Program-made: the position numbers and the translations under genes
Part shown: positions 18,512 to 29,118 of the stretch, in pieces
Numbering within the stretch: position 1 is the first letter of the stretch
Layout of the letters: each line of letters opens with the position of its first letter
Notes under the pieces: generated by a model
Seen by the model: only the letters and a program-made list of their open reading frames with translations
What the model was told of the DNA's origin: nothing
The model's database searches: none
NCBI GenBank assembly: GCA_963727825.1
Contig: CAVSHO010000008.1
Span: 1-64,000 of the forward strand
Direction of reading: 5' to 3'
Source: Ignavibacteriota bacterium
GTDB taxonomy: Bacteria; Bacteroidota; Ignavibacteria; UBA10030
DNA: 64,000 nt

Positions 18512-19069
18512 ATTAAACAAGAACGAGCACGGGTTAATTCCGAAATCAAAGCACCTCAGGTGCGCGTCATAACTGACGATGGAGAACAGCTTGGCATTAT
18601 GACAATCAGCGAGGCACTGCGTCGTGCACAAGAAATGACATCAGACTTGATTGAAATTGTGCCGAATGCAACTCCTCCAGTCGCAAAGATCATGGATTTC
18701 GGAAAGTATCGGTACGAGCAAGCTAAGCGTGATAAAATTCAGAAGAAGCATCAACACGTAACACTTGTAAAAGAAGTTCGATTCCATCCGAACACTGACA
18801 CACACGACTTTGAATTTAAAACCCGACACGCTCGTGAATTTATTCTTGAAGGCAATAAAGTAAAAGCTACCGTTGTTTTCAAAGGACGAGAGATCACGTA
18901 TCAAGATCAAGGTAAAGATTTGCTTGTGCGCTTCACTGAAGCGATGTCGGATATTGCCCGTATGGAGCAAGAACCGAAAATGGAAGGACGCCAGATGGTG
19001 TCGTACTTCGTGCCGGAAAAAGTAAAGAAAAAAAGTTTAGAAGTAACCAAACAACAAACAGAGGAATAA
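18512..19069 (+). CDS. infC: Translation initiation factor IF-3 (ATT start)
   Basis: In-frame ATT at 18512 after AGGAG; [23 protein letters not shown]. Confidence 0.95.
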   Translation: MKQERARVNSEIKAPQVRVITDDGEQLGIMTISEALRRAQEMTSDLIEIVPNATPPVAKIMDFGKYRYEQAKRDKIQKKHQHVTLVKEVRFHPNTDTHDFEFKTRHAREFILEGNKVKATVVFKGREITYQDQGKDLLVRFTEAMSDIARMEQEPKMEGRQMVSYFVPEKVKKKSLEVTKQQTEE

Positions 19070-19074
19070 ATTCT

Positions 19075-19269
19075 ATGCCGAAAATGAAGACCCGGCGCAG
19101 TGCCGCAAAATCGTTTAAGGTCACTGCAAACGGCAAAATTAAACGACGAAAAGCGTTTCGCAGCCATATCCTAACGAGCAAGTCCACAAAACGCAAGCGC
19201 CATTTACGCAAATCAGGATTCGTTGCTGAAACGGAAGCGTACAAAGTGCGAAGATTTTTATTAGCATAA
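19075..19269 (+). CDS. rpmI: 50S ribosomal protein L35
   Basis: MPKMKT...[13 protein letters not shown]...HILT.KS.KRKR.LR. Confidence 0.97.
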   Translation: MPKMKTRRSAAKSFKVTANGKIKRRKAFRSHILTSKSTKRKRHLRKSGFVAETEAYKVRRFLLA

Positions 19270-19305
19270 ACTGAGTAGTTACGTTGAAAGAAAGGTAGAA
19301 AAGAA

Positions 19306-19653
19306 ATGCCGCGTTCACAAAATAAAGTCGCGTCGCATCGACGACGCAAGAAATTATTAGCTTCAGCAAAAGGATATTGGGGCGGTCGCAGTAAAGTGCT
19401 GACTGTAGCCAAGCATCACGTAGACAAAGCCGGACAACATGCCTATCGGCATCGCCGGACGAAGAAACGTGAATTCCGCGCTCTATGGATTGCCCGTATT
19501 AACGCCGCAGCGCGTATTCATGGCACAACATATTCCAGGTTGATTTCCTCGCTTGAAAAGAAACAAGTAGGAATTAACCGGAAGGTGCTGGCGGATCTTG
19601 CCGCAAATCATCAAGCAGCATTCGCCGAAGTTGTGAAGTTTGCAATGGCATAA
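19306..19653 (+). CDS. rplT: 50S ribosomal protein L20
   Basis: [30 protein letters not shown]. Confidence 0.97.
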   Translation: MPRSQNKVASHRRRKKLLASAKGYWGGRSKVLTVAKHHVDKAGQHAYRHRRTKKREFRALWIARINAAARIHGTTYSRLISSLEKKQVGINRKVLADLAANHQAAFAEVVKFAMA

Positions 19654-19772
19654 TTTTAATCTTCTCATCAACTTTATCCGGCATTACGCCTGTTGGCGAT
19701 TTGTACCGGATTAAGAAAGGTCGTTGAGAAGATTTTTTATTTATTGTCCTACCAACGGTTCAATAGAGAATA

Positions 19773-20789
19773 ATGCTTATGCAGGAAAAAGTTGCACAAA
19801 CAAAGCAAGCTTTTACAGAAGGACTTCAAAAAGTAGTAACTCTTCAGGATCTCGAGCAAGTCCGCATCAAATTTCTTTCTCGAAGCGGAGAAATTGCTGT
19901 ATTGTTTGAAGGGATGAAAACGGTTGCTGCTTCTGAGAAACCGGCGTTAGGCAAGGCGCTTAATGAACTCCGACAGGAAGCTCAATCGCAATTCGATGCG
20001 AAAAAAATATTACTGGAACAATCGGCAAAACCGAAAGAAATTCCGTTTGATCTGACACTTCCGGGACGTCCCAGACCTATTGGCACGAAGCATCCGGTTG
20101 TCCAGGTAATGGAAGAGATGAAGCGCATCTTTATCAGTATGGGATTTTCTGTGGAAACTGGACCGGAGATTGAAAGCGATTATTATAATTTCGGGGCTTT
20201 GAATTTCGCACCCGATCACCCGGCGCGTGATATGCAGGATACGATTTTCATCGCAGATAAAATTCTCCTGCGTACACATACATCTCCGGTGCAAATCAGG
20301 GTTATGGAGAAACAGCAGCCGCCTGTTCGTGCTATAATGCCAGGCTGGGCATACCGCAATGAAGCTACAAGCGCTCGCAGCCTTGTTGCCTTTCATCAGA
20401 TTGAAGGATTGTATGTAGATCGCGGCGTCACATTCAGCGAATTAAAGGGAACACTTGTTGCGTTTGCAAAACAATTCTACGGGAGCTCGATCAAGTATCG
20501 TTTCCGCCCGAGTTTTTTCCCATTCACAGAACCAAGCGCGGAAATGGATATTACTTGCTTTATCTGCGGTGGCAAAGGATGCCGTATTTGTAAATATTCC
20601 GGCTGGTTAGAAGTTCTCGGCTCCGGTATGGTGCATCCGCATGTATTTCAATCGGTCGGATATGATCCGGAGGAATATACGGGCTACGCATTCGGTATGG
20701 GCATCGAGCGCACTGCGCTTCTCCGCTATAATATAGATGACATTCGGATTCTTTATGAAAACGATGTGCGGTTCTTGAGGCAGTTTTGA
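19773..20789 (+). CDS. pheS: Phenylalanine--tRNA ligase alpha subunit
   Basis: [43 protein letters not shown]. Confidence 0.98.
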   Translation: MLMQEKVAQTKQAFTEGLQKVVTLQDLEQVRIKFLSRSGEIAVLFEGMKTVAASEKPALGKALNELRQEAQSQFDAKKILLEQSAKPKEIPFDLTLPGRPRPIGTKHPVVQVMEEMKRIFISMGFSVETGPEIESDYYNFGALNFAPDHPARDMQDTIFIADKILLRTHTSPVQIRVMEKQQPPVRAIMPGWAYRNEATSARSLVAFHQIEGLYVDRGVTFSELKGTLVAFAKQFYGSSIKYRFRPSFFPFTEPSAEMDITCFICGGKGCRICKYSGWLEVLGSGMVHPHVFQSVGYDPEEYTGYAFGMGIERTALLRYNIDDIRILYENDVRFLRQF

Positions 20790-20808
20790 ATGATATATAG
20801 GCATTGAT

Positions 20809-23229
20809 ATGAAAATCTCTCAAAATTGGCTAAAGAAATATATTGATTTTAAATTAACTCCAGAGCAGTTCACTGAAAAACTTTCGATGCTCGGGTTGGA
20901 AGTTGAAAGTTATGAAGATCTCGCAAAGAAGTTCGAGAACTTTGTCGTTGGTGAAGTTTTAGAACGCGCCAAGCATCCTAATGCAGATCGGCTTTCAATT
21001 TGTAAAGTGAATATCGGCAGTGCAATTCAAGAAGTTGTCTGCGGTGCACCAAATGTCGCAGCAGGCCAAAAAGTTGTTGTTGCGCTTATTGGCGCAATCA
21101 TCCCGCATAACCAACACGATTCGGAAGGTAAACCATTTGTCATTGAGCGGGCTAAAATTCGCGGAGTCGAGTCTAACGGAATGATTTGCTCTGAATTGGA
21201 ACTTGGGCTCGGAAAAGATGCGAGCGGAATTCTTGTTCTCGATGAAAAAGCAAAAGTTGGTACGCCTCTTGCTAAGTATCTTGGACAAACAGATATAATC
21301 TATGAAATCGGTATCACACCCAATCGTGCAGATTGCTTGAGCCATATCGGTGTGGCACGAGAAATTGGTTCATTAGTAAATAAAAAACTGAAAATGCCAA
21401 AGATTGTGTTAAAAGAAAGCGCAGCGACGGCATCGAAGTTTGCGAAGATAGAAATTCTCGATAAAGAAAAATGTCCGCGGTATTCTGCGCGTGTTCTTCG
21501 TAACGTAAAAATTAGTCCGTCCCCAAAATGGCTTCAAGATTTGTTGACTTCAATTGGAGTTCGGCCAATCAACAATGTTGTCGACGTGACAAACTATGTG
21601 CTAATGGAAACCGGTCATCCATTGCATGCATTCGATTATGACACACTTGCTGGACATAGAATTATTGTGAAGACAGCACAAGATGGCGAGAAGTTTGTGA
21701 CGCTCGACGGAAAAGAACGCTCGCTCACATCCGAAACACTGATGATTTGTGATGCTGAAAAACCAATCGCAATTGCTGGAGTAATGGGCGGCGCGAACAC
21801 GGAAATCAGCGATGCAACGACAAATATATTGATCGAAGCAGCATACTTCAATCCGGGCAACATACGCCGGACATCAAAATATCTTGGATTTTCCACTGAA
21901 GCGTCGTACCGATTTGAACGCGGCACAGATATCAATATGACTATTCTTGCAGCTAATCGTGCAGCACAGATGATTCAAGAATTAGCCAGCGGTGAATTGC
22001 TCAAAGGTGCGCTTGATGTTTGTCCCAAAAAACGAAGGTCTCTCACCGTCAAAGCAAGTGTTTCGAGAATCAATAAAATAATTGGTATCTCACTGAAGAA
22101 AGCACAAATCATTTCTCTCCTAAAAAAGATCGATCTTGTGGCAAAGTCATCTTCGAAAGATGAAATTCTTGTTACTGTCCCCAGCTTCCGCAATGATATA
22201 TTTGAGGAGATCGATATTATCGAAGAAGTTGCACGCATGTACGGCTACAACAATATAGAAACGAAAACGCGCGCAGCTATCGATTTTTCTTCCAATGTGC
22301 GAACCGATTTACTGCAAGATGAAATCCGCGATTATCTCATCGGTTCAGGATTCAACGAAGTGCTTGCCATCGGTTTACAGGATGAAGAGACGATGTCGCT
22401 TGCCGGAAAACCATTGGTGAAAGCAATCAATCCCGTCAGTGCAGAGATGGCGGCATTACAGGCGAGTTTAGTACCTAGTGCACTTCGTATCGTAAAGCAT
22501 AATCGAAACCACGGTATAAAAGATTTGCGTTTATTCGAAATTGGCAATATTTACTTACTAAATAAGGACAAAGCGCCGAATACACTCGATGCATATTATG
22601 AAGAGGAACGGCTGTTGCTTGTGTTGAGCGGCCATAATTTACCTGTGAGCTATGGAAGCTTTTCCCGCGATGTAGATATATTGGATTTAAAGGGTGAAGT
22701 GACGGCACTTCTTTCCAAGTTCTGCCTTGACAACCACCGTTTTATTTATTATGATTACCAAGAGCCTTTAAGTGAACCATGCATAGGCATTGAAATAAAT
22801 GGAGTTTATGCGGGGTTCTTTGGGCGAGTCCGGATACAGATTGCAGACAAACTTGGTATTGATGAACCGGTATTTGTATGCGAATTGAAAATCCGGGCAA
22901 TTAATGATGGCTGGGCAAGAGACCGAAAATTTTCTTCGTTGCCGAAATTTCCAGGTGTAACGCGAGACCTGGCTTTTACAATTGAAGCAGCGCTTCCGCA
23001 AAAATCTGTGGAAGATGTCATCAGGAAAGTTGGGCAACCGTTGTGCACAAACGTTGTCCTTTTTGATATGTATAGCGGTCAGCAAACGGGCACAGAGAAA
23101 AAGAGCTTGGCTTACGCTCTTGAATTCCAATCGCCCGATCGTACGTTGACTGATACAGAAATTGACGACGCGTTGAAAAAAATAATTGAAGCTGTGCGAC
23201 GTCAATGCGATGGTGTATTACGCAGCTAA
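20809..23229 (+). CDS. pheT: Phenylalanine--tRNA ligase beta subunit
   Basis: HPNADRL, CGAPNV, ITPNRADCLS, VVDVTNYV, RFERG, FDX-ACB C-terminus. Confidence 0.98.
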   Translation: MKISQNWLKKYIDFKLTPEQFTEKLSMLGLEVESYEDLAKKFENFVVGEVLERAKHPNADRLSICKVNIGSAIQEVVCGAPNVAAGQKVVVALIGAIIPHNQHDSEGKPFVIERAKIRGVESNGMICSELELGLGKDASGILVLDEKAKVGTPLAKYLGQTDIIYEIGITPNRADCLSHIGVAREIGSLVNKKLKMPKIVLKESAATASKFAKIEILDKEKCPRYSARVLRNVKISPSPKWLQDLLTSIGVRPINNVVDVTNYVLMETGHPLHAFDYDTLAGHRIIVKTAQDGEKFVTLDGKERSLTSETLMICDAEKPIAIAGVMGGANTEISDATTNILIEAAYFNPGNIRRTSKYLGFSTEASYRFERGTDINMTILAANRAAQMIQELASGELLKGALDVCPKKRRSLTVKASVSRINKIIGISLKKAQIISLLKKIDLVAKSSSKDEILVTVPSFRNDIFEEIDIIEEVARMYGYNNIETKTRAAIDFSSNVRTDLLQDEIRDYLIGSGFNEVLAIGLQDEETMSLAGKPLVKAINPVSAEMAALQASLVPSALRIVKHNRNHGIKDLRLFEIGNIYLLNKDKAPNTLDAYYEEERLLLVLSGHNLPVSYGSFSRDVDILDLKGEVTALLSKFCLDNHRFIYYDYQEPLSEPCIGIEINGVYAGFFGRVRIQIADKLGIDEPVFVCELKIRAINDGWARDRKFSSLPKFPGVTRDLAFTIEAALPQKSVEDVIRKVGQPLCTNVVLFDMYSGQQTGTEKKSLAYALEFQSPDRTLTDTEIDDALKKIIEAVRRQCDGVLRS

Positions 23230-23276
23230 TGCACAAATAATGTGCGCTATCATCTAAACTCATCGGGAGCTGAAGT

Positions 23277-23618
23277 TTGCCAGAACAGCTTATAGATGCT
23301 GAGACGGCTGAAAAGAAGGATTTGAGGCGACTTGAGGAATCTCTCCAATCGCTATGGGAGAAAGCTCGGCTTGTGTCCGACTTGCTTCTTCGATTGAAGA
23401 CGGAGAATAAGGAACTTCAGAGCAAACTTTCGAGTTTAGAATTAAAAGAGCGCCGTTGGACGGAGGAACTCCGGCAACGCGAGCAAGAGATGAAAGAGGT
23501 TCGTGCACAACTTATATACGAACAGTCAAATAGTAGCAGTCTCTTTTCAAAGGAGGAGTCAGAAGTACTCAAATCACGGCTGAAGGAATTGATTGTGAAA
23601 ATCAATTCGCGTTTATAA
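23277..23618 (+). CDS. Coiled-coil protein (ZapB-like)
   Basis: All-coil sequence located between pheT and zapA. Confidence 0.65.
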   Translation: MPEQLIDAETAEKKDLRRLEESLQSLWEKARLVSDLLLRLKTENKELQSKLSSLELKERRWTEELRQREQEMKEVRAQLIYEQSNSSSLFSKEESEVLKSRLKELIVKINSRL

Positions 23619-23643
23619 AGCAAACAGACGATGACGGTAAGTT

Positions 23644-23991
23644 GTGGAGAATTCGATAGACACTATTCAGTTAGTTAATACAATGAACGGCAAGAGCATT
23701 CGAGTTAAAATATTTGGAAATGAGTATCCGCTTCGTGGAGAAAACGAAGACTTGACAAAACGCGTAGCTTCTTATGTGGATGGTATGTTGATGAAGATCC
23801 ATGATAAGATTCCGGAACAACCGCCTTTAACGGTCGCAGTTCTTTCAGCGTTAAATATAACAGAAGACCTTCTGCAGGAACGGGAAAAACGAACACAGGA
23901 GGTAGCGCATCTGGAAGCGGAAGTAGAAAAACTTTCCAACTATCTTGACAATTGTCTTTTGTCAGAACCATCGGACGAACAATTTTTATAA
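23644..23991 (+). CDS. zapA: Cell division protein ZapA
   Basis: VKIFGNEYPL, VASYVD..M, AVLSALNI; the true start may be the ATG at 23682. Confidence 0.9.
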   Translation: MENSIDTIQLVNTMNGKSIRVKIFGNEYPLRGENEDLTKRVASYVDGMLMKIHDKIPEQPPLTVAVLSALNITEDLLQEREKRTQEVAHLEAEVEKLSNYLDNCLLSEPSDEQFL

Positions 23992-24040
23992 AACCGTCAC
24001 CTGTTCTTTATTAAAATAAGGATGCGGATTTTAGTAAAAA

Positions 24041-24283
24041 GCCGCACCATCAGCCGTAATCAATACCATATTAAAGAACCAAACAATTCTGTTAATATGG
24101 GAGCTTGACTCATAAGCGTGAAGCGCAAGCCATCTATTCATTAAATATGAATAGCCCTGCGATGACGTCTTTGCCTTTAGCGAAGAACGAGCGGGTTGTG
24201 GAAGTGTGAAATGCTTAGGCAAGTCCCCACCGTGTAGAGAGAGGTTCTTTCAATACACTTGATTATGGCAGATGCGTGCGGTT
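24041..24283 (+). ncRNA. ssrS: 6S RNA
   Basis: Conserved zapA-6S-rny synteny; terminal helix gccgcac-catc-agccgtaatcaa / ttgattatggc-agatg-cgtgcggt; inner aaagaacc/ggttcttt pairing around a central bubble. Confidence 0.85.
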
Positions 24284-24320
24284 TTGTTTTTTCAAGATGT
24301 TGTTTGAACAGAGGAATGAC

Positions 24321-25883
24321 ATGGAACCTTATATTCTTATTCTTATTGGAGCGTTGATCGGCATTGGATCGTTTTTTATGGGCTGGTCTTTAAACGCACG
24401 AAGCGGCCAAAACAAAATCATGGACGCTCAAGAACGCGCAAAAAAAATCATCGAAGAAGCAGAGAAGGAAGCGACGACATCTAAGCGTGAAAAGCTTCTC
24501 GAGGTCAAAGATGAATGGTATCAAAAGAAAAAAGAGTTTGAATCGGATGCCCAGTCTAAGCGATCAAAATTACAGGCGTATGAAAAGCAATTAAGTAATC
24601 GCGAGGAGAATCTGGAAAAAAAGCTTGATTTGCTGACTAAGAAAGAGTCAACTCTTCAAACCACGGGCAAAGAGATTGCGGATCGACAAAAAAGACTTAT
24701 TGAACATGAGAAAGAACTTGAGCGATTAGTAGAAGAGGAAAATCTTCGACTGGAAAAAATTGCCGGGATTAATCGCGAGGAAGCTAAGAAATATTTGTAT
24801 CAAAACCTGATTGAAACTGTTAAATCTGAAGCAACGCAAACACTCAAGGATATACGAGATACAACAAAGATTACAGCTAAAAAAGAAGCTCAGAAAACAA
24901 TTGTGCAGGCAATTCAGCGTTCAGCCGTAGATTTCACATTGGAAGCAACAGTCAGCGTACTGAACGTTGGCTCTGACGAAATGAAAGGCCGCATCATCGG
25001 CCGCGAAGGACGTAACATCCGCGCATTTGAAGCCGCCACCGGTATCGATGTTATTGTTGATGACACGCCTGAGGCAGTGATTCTTTCCGGATTCGATCCG
25101 TTCCGTCGCGAAATTGCGCGTGTTTCGTTGGAAAGGCTAATTGCTGATGGGCGCATTCATCCTGCTCGCATTGAAGAAGTAGTGGAGAAAGTGAAGAAGG
25201 AATTGGAGGAGGACGTTATCCATACTGGTGAAAACACTCTGCTCGAAATCGGTTTGCACGGTGCGCATCCTGAAATTATCAAACATATTGGCCGTATGAA
25301 GTATCGCTCAAGTTATGGTCAGAATCTTCTAGAACATAGTATCGAGGTCGCTTATCTAACCGGTATTATGGCAGCAGAACTCGGACTGGATCCGATACTC
25401 GCGAAACGCTCTGGACTATTGCATGACATCGGTAAGACGATTGATAAAAGCGTCGAAGGTCCGCACGCATTATTAGGATATGAACTTTGTAAGAAGTTTA
25501 ACGAACACTCCATAGTTTGCAATGCGGTTGGATCGCATCATGAAGACATCCCGATGGAGCATCCTATCTCGGCACTCGTACAAGCAGCAGACTCTATCAG
25601 TGGCGCGCGACCTGGTGCACGACGTGAATCGGTAGAAGAATATATCAAACGGTTAGAAAAGCTAGAAAATATCGCCAAGTCATTCAACGGTGTCATTAAC
25701 ACATACGCGATTCAAGCAGGGCGTGAAGTGCGCGTTATTGTGAGTCACGAGAAACTTGATGATGCCGCTGCCGACCAGCTTGCGCATGATATAGCAAATA
25801 AAATTGAACAGGAAATGGAATATCCTGGACAAATTAAAGTAGTAGTTGTGAGGGAATTCCGTTCTATCGCTGTAGCGAAATAG
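24321..25883 (+). CDS. rny: Ribonuclease Y
   Basis: N-terminal TM, coiled coil, KGRIIGREGRNIR KH domain, LLHDIGK HD domain. Confidence 0.97.
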   Translation: MEPYILILIGALIGIGSFFMGWSLNARSGQNKIMDAQERAKKIIEEAEKEATTSKREKLLEVKDEWYQKKKEFESDAQSKRSKLQAYEKQLSNREENLEKKLDLLTKKESTLQTTGKEIADRQKRLIEHEKELERLVEEENLRLEKIAGINREEAKKYLYQNLIETVKSEATQTLKDIRDTTKITAKKEAQKTIVQAIQRSAVDFTLEATVSVLNVGSDEMKGRIIGREGRNIRAFEAATGIDVIVDDTPEAVILSGFDPFRREIARVSLERLIADGRIHPARIEEVVEKVKKELEEDVIHTGENTLLEIGLHGAHPEIIKHIGRMKYRSSYGQNLLEHSIEVAYLTGIMAAELGLDPILAKRSGLLHDIGKTIDKSVEGPHALLGYELCKKFNEHSIVCNAVGSHHEDIPMEHPISALVQAADSISGARPGARRESVEEYIKRLEKLENIAKSFNGVINTYAIQAGREVRVIVSHEKLDDAAADQLAHDIANKIEQEMEYPGQIKVVVVREFRSIAVAK

Positions 25884-25909
25884 GGATTGGAAAATATATT
25901 TTTAGTAAC

Positions 25910-26548
25910 ATGCCGACACGTCAAAAAAATATTCTAAAGATCGGTGTTACCGGCGGTATAGGCAGCGGCAAGTCAGCCGTTTGTCATATCTTTTCGTGTC
26001 TTGGTGTACCAGTGCTCTTTGCTGATGATATCGCCAAAGAATTATGCAGCACAGATTCAACTATTCGTAAAAGACTGATTGCACTGCTAGGTGAATCGGC
26101 TTTCCAAGCCGACGGTTCTTTAAATCGTTCATTCATTGCCTCTGAAATGTTCTCTAACAAATCGCTGAAGCAAAAGGTCGAATCCATAATCCACCCGCGC
26201 GTCGAGAAAGAAATAGAACGGCAAATCAAAGAGTTGGCAAATCGTGGACAATTAATCGTCATTGTTGAAGCAGCACTTATTTACGAAGCTGGATTGCATA
26301 AAAAACTCGATGCCGTTGTCGTCGTTGATGCTGATGAATCCAAGCGTATCAACCGGGTATGCAAACGGGATATCTTTTCGGAAGATGCAGTTCGAAGCCG
26401 CATGATGGCACAACTTGATGTGAAGAAAAAACTAGAAAAAGCAGATTACATAATTTATAATAACGGAACTTTGGAAGAACTTGAGTTCAAGGTGCAATTT
26501 TTGTATATAGTATTCAAACAATTAGCAGATGAGGGTTCTCGTGTCTGA
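25910..26548 (+). CDS. coaE: Dephospho-CoA kinase
   Basis: IGVTGGIGSGKS, IIHPRV, ADYIIYNNG. Confidence 0.96.
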   Translation: MPTRQKNILKIGVTGGIGSGKSAVCHIFSCLGVPVLFADDIAKELCSTDSTIRKRLIALLGESAFQADGSLNRSFIASEMFSNKSLKQKVESIIHPRVEKEIERQIKELANRGQLIVIVEAALIYEAGLHKKLDAVVVVDADESKRINRVCKRDIFSEDAVRSRMMAQLDVKKKLEKADYIIYNNGTLEELEFKVQFLYIVFKQLADEGSRV

Positions 26549-27725
26549 ATCGATTTTTGAAAAAGAAAGTAAATATTTTTTTCACACATTCCATAGACTT
26601 CCGCTTGAGATTGAACGCGGCGAAGGAGTGTATCTCTATTCAAAGGATGGCAAACGCTACATTGATTTCTTCGGCGGAATTGCAGTAAATCCACTTGGCT
26701 ACAATCATCAACGTATCAATGCGGCGATCGAAAAACAAATTCATCGCTATATTCATCTTTCCAATTACTTCGTACAGGATAAAACAGTAGAATTGGCTGA
26801 AAGAATTATTAACGCGAGCGGTTACAAACGCGTTTTTTTCTCCAACAGCGGCACGGAAGCGGTTGAAGGTGTTATCAAAATAGTGCGTAAATGGGGACAA
26901 GGCAGCGGCAAGACGACGTTGTTGAATTTAACCAATTCATTCCACGGCCGGACAATGGGCGCTCTGTCATTGACCGAAAGGCCGCAATATCGCGATGGAT
27001 ATGATCCGTTTCTCCCGAATACAAACTCCGTCAAATTTAATGATGTTGAAGATTTATGCGCGAAGGTGAATAGTCAAACGCTTGGGGTTATCCTTGAATT
27101 TATTCAAGGTGAAGGCGGCATCAATGTCATCAGCAAGGAATTTGTGCAAAAGCTAAAATCACTGCAGGAGAATCTCGGCTTTCTTGTAATTGCCGATGAG
27201 ATTCAAGCAGGCCTCGGACGTACAGGAAAGTTTTTTAGTTTTGAGCATTACGATATACATCCCGACATTGTCGTTATAGCAAAAGCAATTGGCGGTGGAC
27301 TTCCGCTTGGTGCAATTCTAGGCAATGATAAAGTTGCTGATGTGCTGACATACGGCGTGCATGGGACAACTTTTGGCGGAAACCCTGTCGCCTGCGCTGC
27401 CGGTTGTGCGGTGATGGAAGAAATTATTGATAAAGGATTGATGAAGCAAGCCGGTATCATAGGCGAATATCTCAAATCGAAAGCGCTTGAATTGCAAAAG
27501 CAATTTCCTGCCATCATCAAAGAAGTGCGTGGATGTGGCTGTATGCTGGGCATAGACCTAAATCGAAACGGCCAGCCTATTGTAGATGAATTGCTAAACC
27601 GCGGTATTCTGATTAATTGTACAAATACCACCGTACTGCGTTTATTGCCACCATATATCATTACGCAGGAACAGTGCGATCAATTAATGTTTGAGCTGCA
27701 TTCAATTTTGAAATCGTTAAAGTAA
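26529..27725 (+). CDS. argD: Acetylornithine aminotransferase (class III PLP)
   Basis: NSGTEAVE, SFHGRT, IQGEGG, DEIQAGLGRTG, AKAIGGG.P, HGTTFGGNP. Confidence 0.88.
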   Translation: MRVLVSESIFEKESKYFFHTFHRLPLEIERGEGVYLYSKDGKRYIDFFGGIAVNPLGYNHQRINAAIEKQIHRYIHLSNYFVQDKTVELAERIINASGYKRVFFSNSGTEAVEGVIKIVRKWGQGSGKTTLLNLTNSFHGRTMGALSLTERPQYRDGYDPFLPNTNSVKFNDVEDLCAKVNSQTLGVILEFIQGEGGINVISKEFVQKLKSLQENLGFLVIADEIQAGLGRTGKFFSFEHYDIHPDIVVIAKAIGGGLPLGAILGNDKVADVLTYGVHGTTFGGNPVACAAGCAVMEEIIDKGLMKQAGIIGEYLKSKALELQKQFPAIIKEVRGCGCMLGIDLNRNGQPIVDELLNRGILINCTNTTVLRLLPPYIITQEQCDQLMFELHSILKSLK

Positions 27726-27844
27726 TAATTGCGTATTATCTGAGCATTGATGAAATAATACTCACTGAATCGATGAGTCTTATTCCTGCAAACATCGTTA
27801 AAAATGGGCAAAGTTTTCGATTCAGAAATGAAATAAGCCGATAA

Positions 27845-28864
27845 ATGGAACTCGAACTTAAACACATTCATGCACCGGAACTTTACGGAAGCTTCTGGCT
27901 GAATTCTGAACCGATTTCTCTCCGCGATCACAATGGTGAAATCATCTTAGTTGATTTCTGGGACTACACGTGCGTAAATTGTATTCGGACTTTGCCTTAC
28001 ATCCAAGAGTGGCAGAATAAGTATAAAGCATTCGGCCTTACAGTTGTCGGAATACACACGCCGGAGTTTGAATTTGCCGCTTTGCCCGAACGCGTGCAGA
28101 AAGCTATCGAGAATTTCAAGATAACTTATCCGGTTATGCTCGACAACGAAGCCATCATTTGGAATGCATATTCTGTTCGCCATTGGCCTACTCGTTGTCT
28201 TGTCGATCGAGATGGTTACTTACGATTCGTTCAGCATGGCGAAGGTGGTTATGTTGAATTTGAACGTGCAATCCAGCAATTACTCAGTGAAGCCGGCAGC
28301 CACGGCGAGTTGCCTGCTCTAACTGTTCCTTTCCGCGAGGAAGATCGTGCCGGCGCTGTTTGTTTTCGCCCGACTAGCGAATTGTATCTCGGATATCTTC
28401 GCGGTGCGCTTGGCAATCCGGAAGGGTACAATCCTGAATCGACACTCGAGTATACTGATCCGGGAATTTATCTTCCCGAAAGGTTCTATGCAACCGGCAA
28501 GTGGATGAATGAACGTCGATGTTTGCGGTTTGCCGGAAGCGAAGGAGAAGACGGTGCGATCGTTCTTCCATATCAAGCACGTGAGGTAAATGCTGTGATG
28601 GGTTCACGCGATGGCTCGATTTGCGAAGTTGCCGTTCAGCAGAACAACCAGCCACTACGCAAGGAAATTTCGGGAGAAGATATCGTCCAGTTTCCCAAAC
28701 AGCAATCATCTCTTTTTATCGATATGCCGAGAATGTACACGATTGTAAGCAATAAAGAATTCGGCAGCCACCTGCTTAAGCTGACGACTTCAAATCAGAA
28801 TCTTGAAATTTATTCATTCAGCTTCACTACCAGCGTGATTCCTGAACTGATTTCGACGAATTGA
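27845..28864 (+). CDS. Thioredoxin-like redoxin, DipZ-type
   Basis: DFWDYTCVNC, GIHTPEFEF, HGEGGY, ELYLGY.R C-terminal domain. Confidence 0.85.
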   Translation: MELELKHIHAPELYGSFWLNSEPISLRDHNGEIILVDFWDYTCVNCIRTLPYIQEWQNKYKAFGLTVVGIHTPEFEFAALPERVQKAIENFKITYPVMLDNEAIIWNAYSVRHWPTRCLVDRDGYLRFVQHGEGGYVEFERAIQQLLSEAGSHGELPALTVPFREEDRAGAVCFRPTSELYLGYLRGALGNPEGYNPESTLEYTDPGIYLPERFYATGKWMNERRCLRFAGSEGEDGAIVLPYQAREVNAVMGSRDGSICEVAVQQNNQPLRKEISGEDIVQFPKQQSSLFIDMPRMYTIVSNKEFGSHLLKLTTSNQNLEIYSFSFTTSVIPELISTN

Positions 28865-28950
28865 AAAGATTTCATATCGCACTTGGAAAATGTCCGGCTA
28901 ATTACTGCCTGCCCGCTGCAGGCGGAGACTCTACCCTTCACAAAATACAA

Positions 28951-28979
28951 TTGCTCTTCATCTCTTTGTTTTGTACATT
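28951..28979 (+). promoter_or_regulatory. sigma70 promoter for the metH leader
   Basis: TTGCTC-17 bp-TACATT, placing the TSS at about the riboswitch start. Confidence 0.55.
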
Positions 28980-28985
28980 TTTATA

Positions 28986-29033
28986 GTGGTGATTTGAAAG
29001 ATAGCTTGCGGCCACGATAAATAATCGCTAAAG
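28986..29033 (+). ncRNA. SAM-II (SAM-alpha) riboswitch aptamer
   Basis: GTGGTGATTTG...GCTTGCGGCCACGATAAATAATCGCTAAAG matches the SAM-II pseudoknot consensus; directly upstream of metH. Confidence 0.85.
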
Positions 29034-29056
29034 CGTCAACCGGAATAAACTTCGAT

Positions 29057-29087
29057 CCCGACGCTAACAACGTTGGGAATTTTTTTT
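29057..29087 (+). terminator. Intrinsic terminator (attenuator) in the metH leader
   Basis: CCCGACG-ctaacaa-CGTTGGG followed by AA and T8. Confidence 0.65.
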
Positions 29088-29118
29088 AGAGCCAACGAAG
29101 TGATGCGCAGCTAAGTCT

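Noticed and set aside
19674-19713. Hairpin between rplT and pheS as a pheM-like attenuator
   Set aside because: No Phe-rich leader peptide with a plausible start, and no T-box motifs seen
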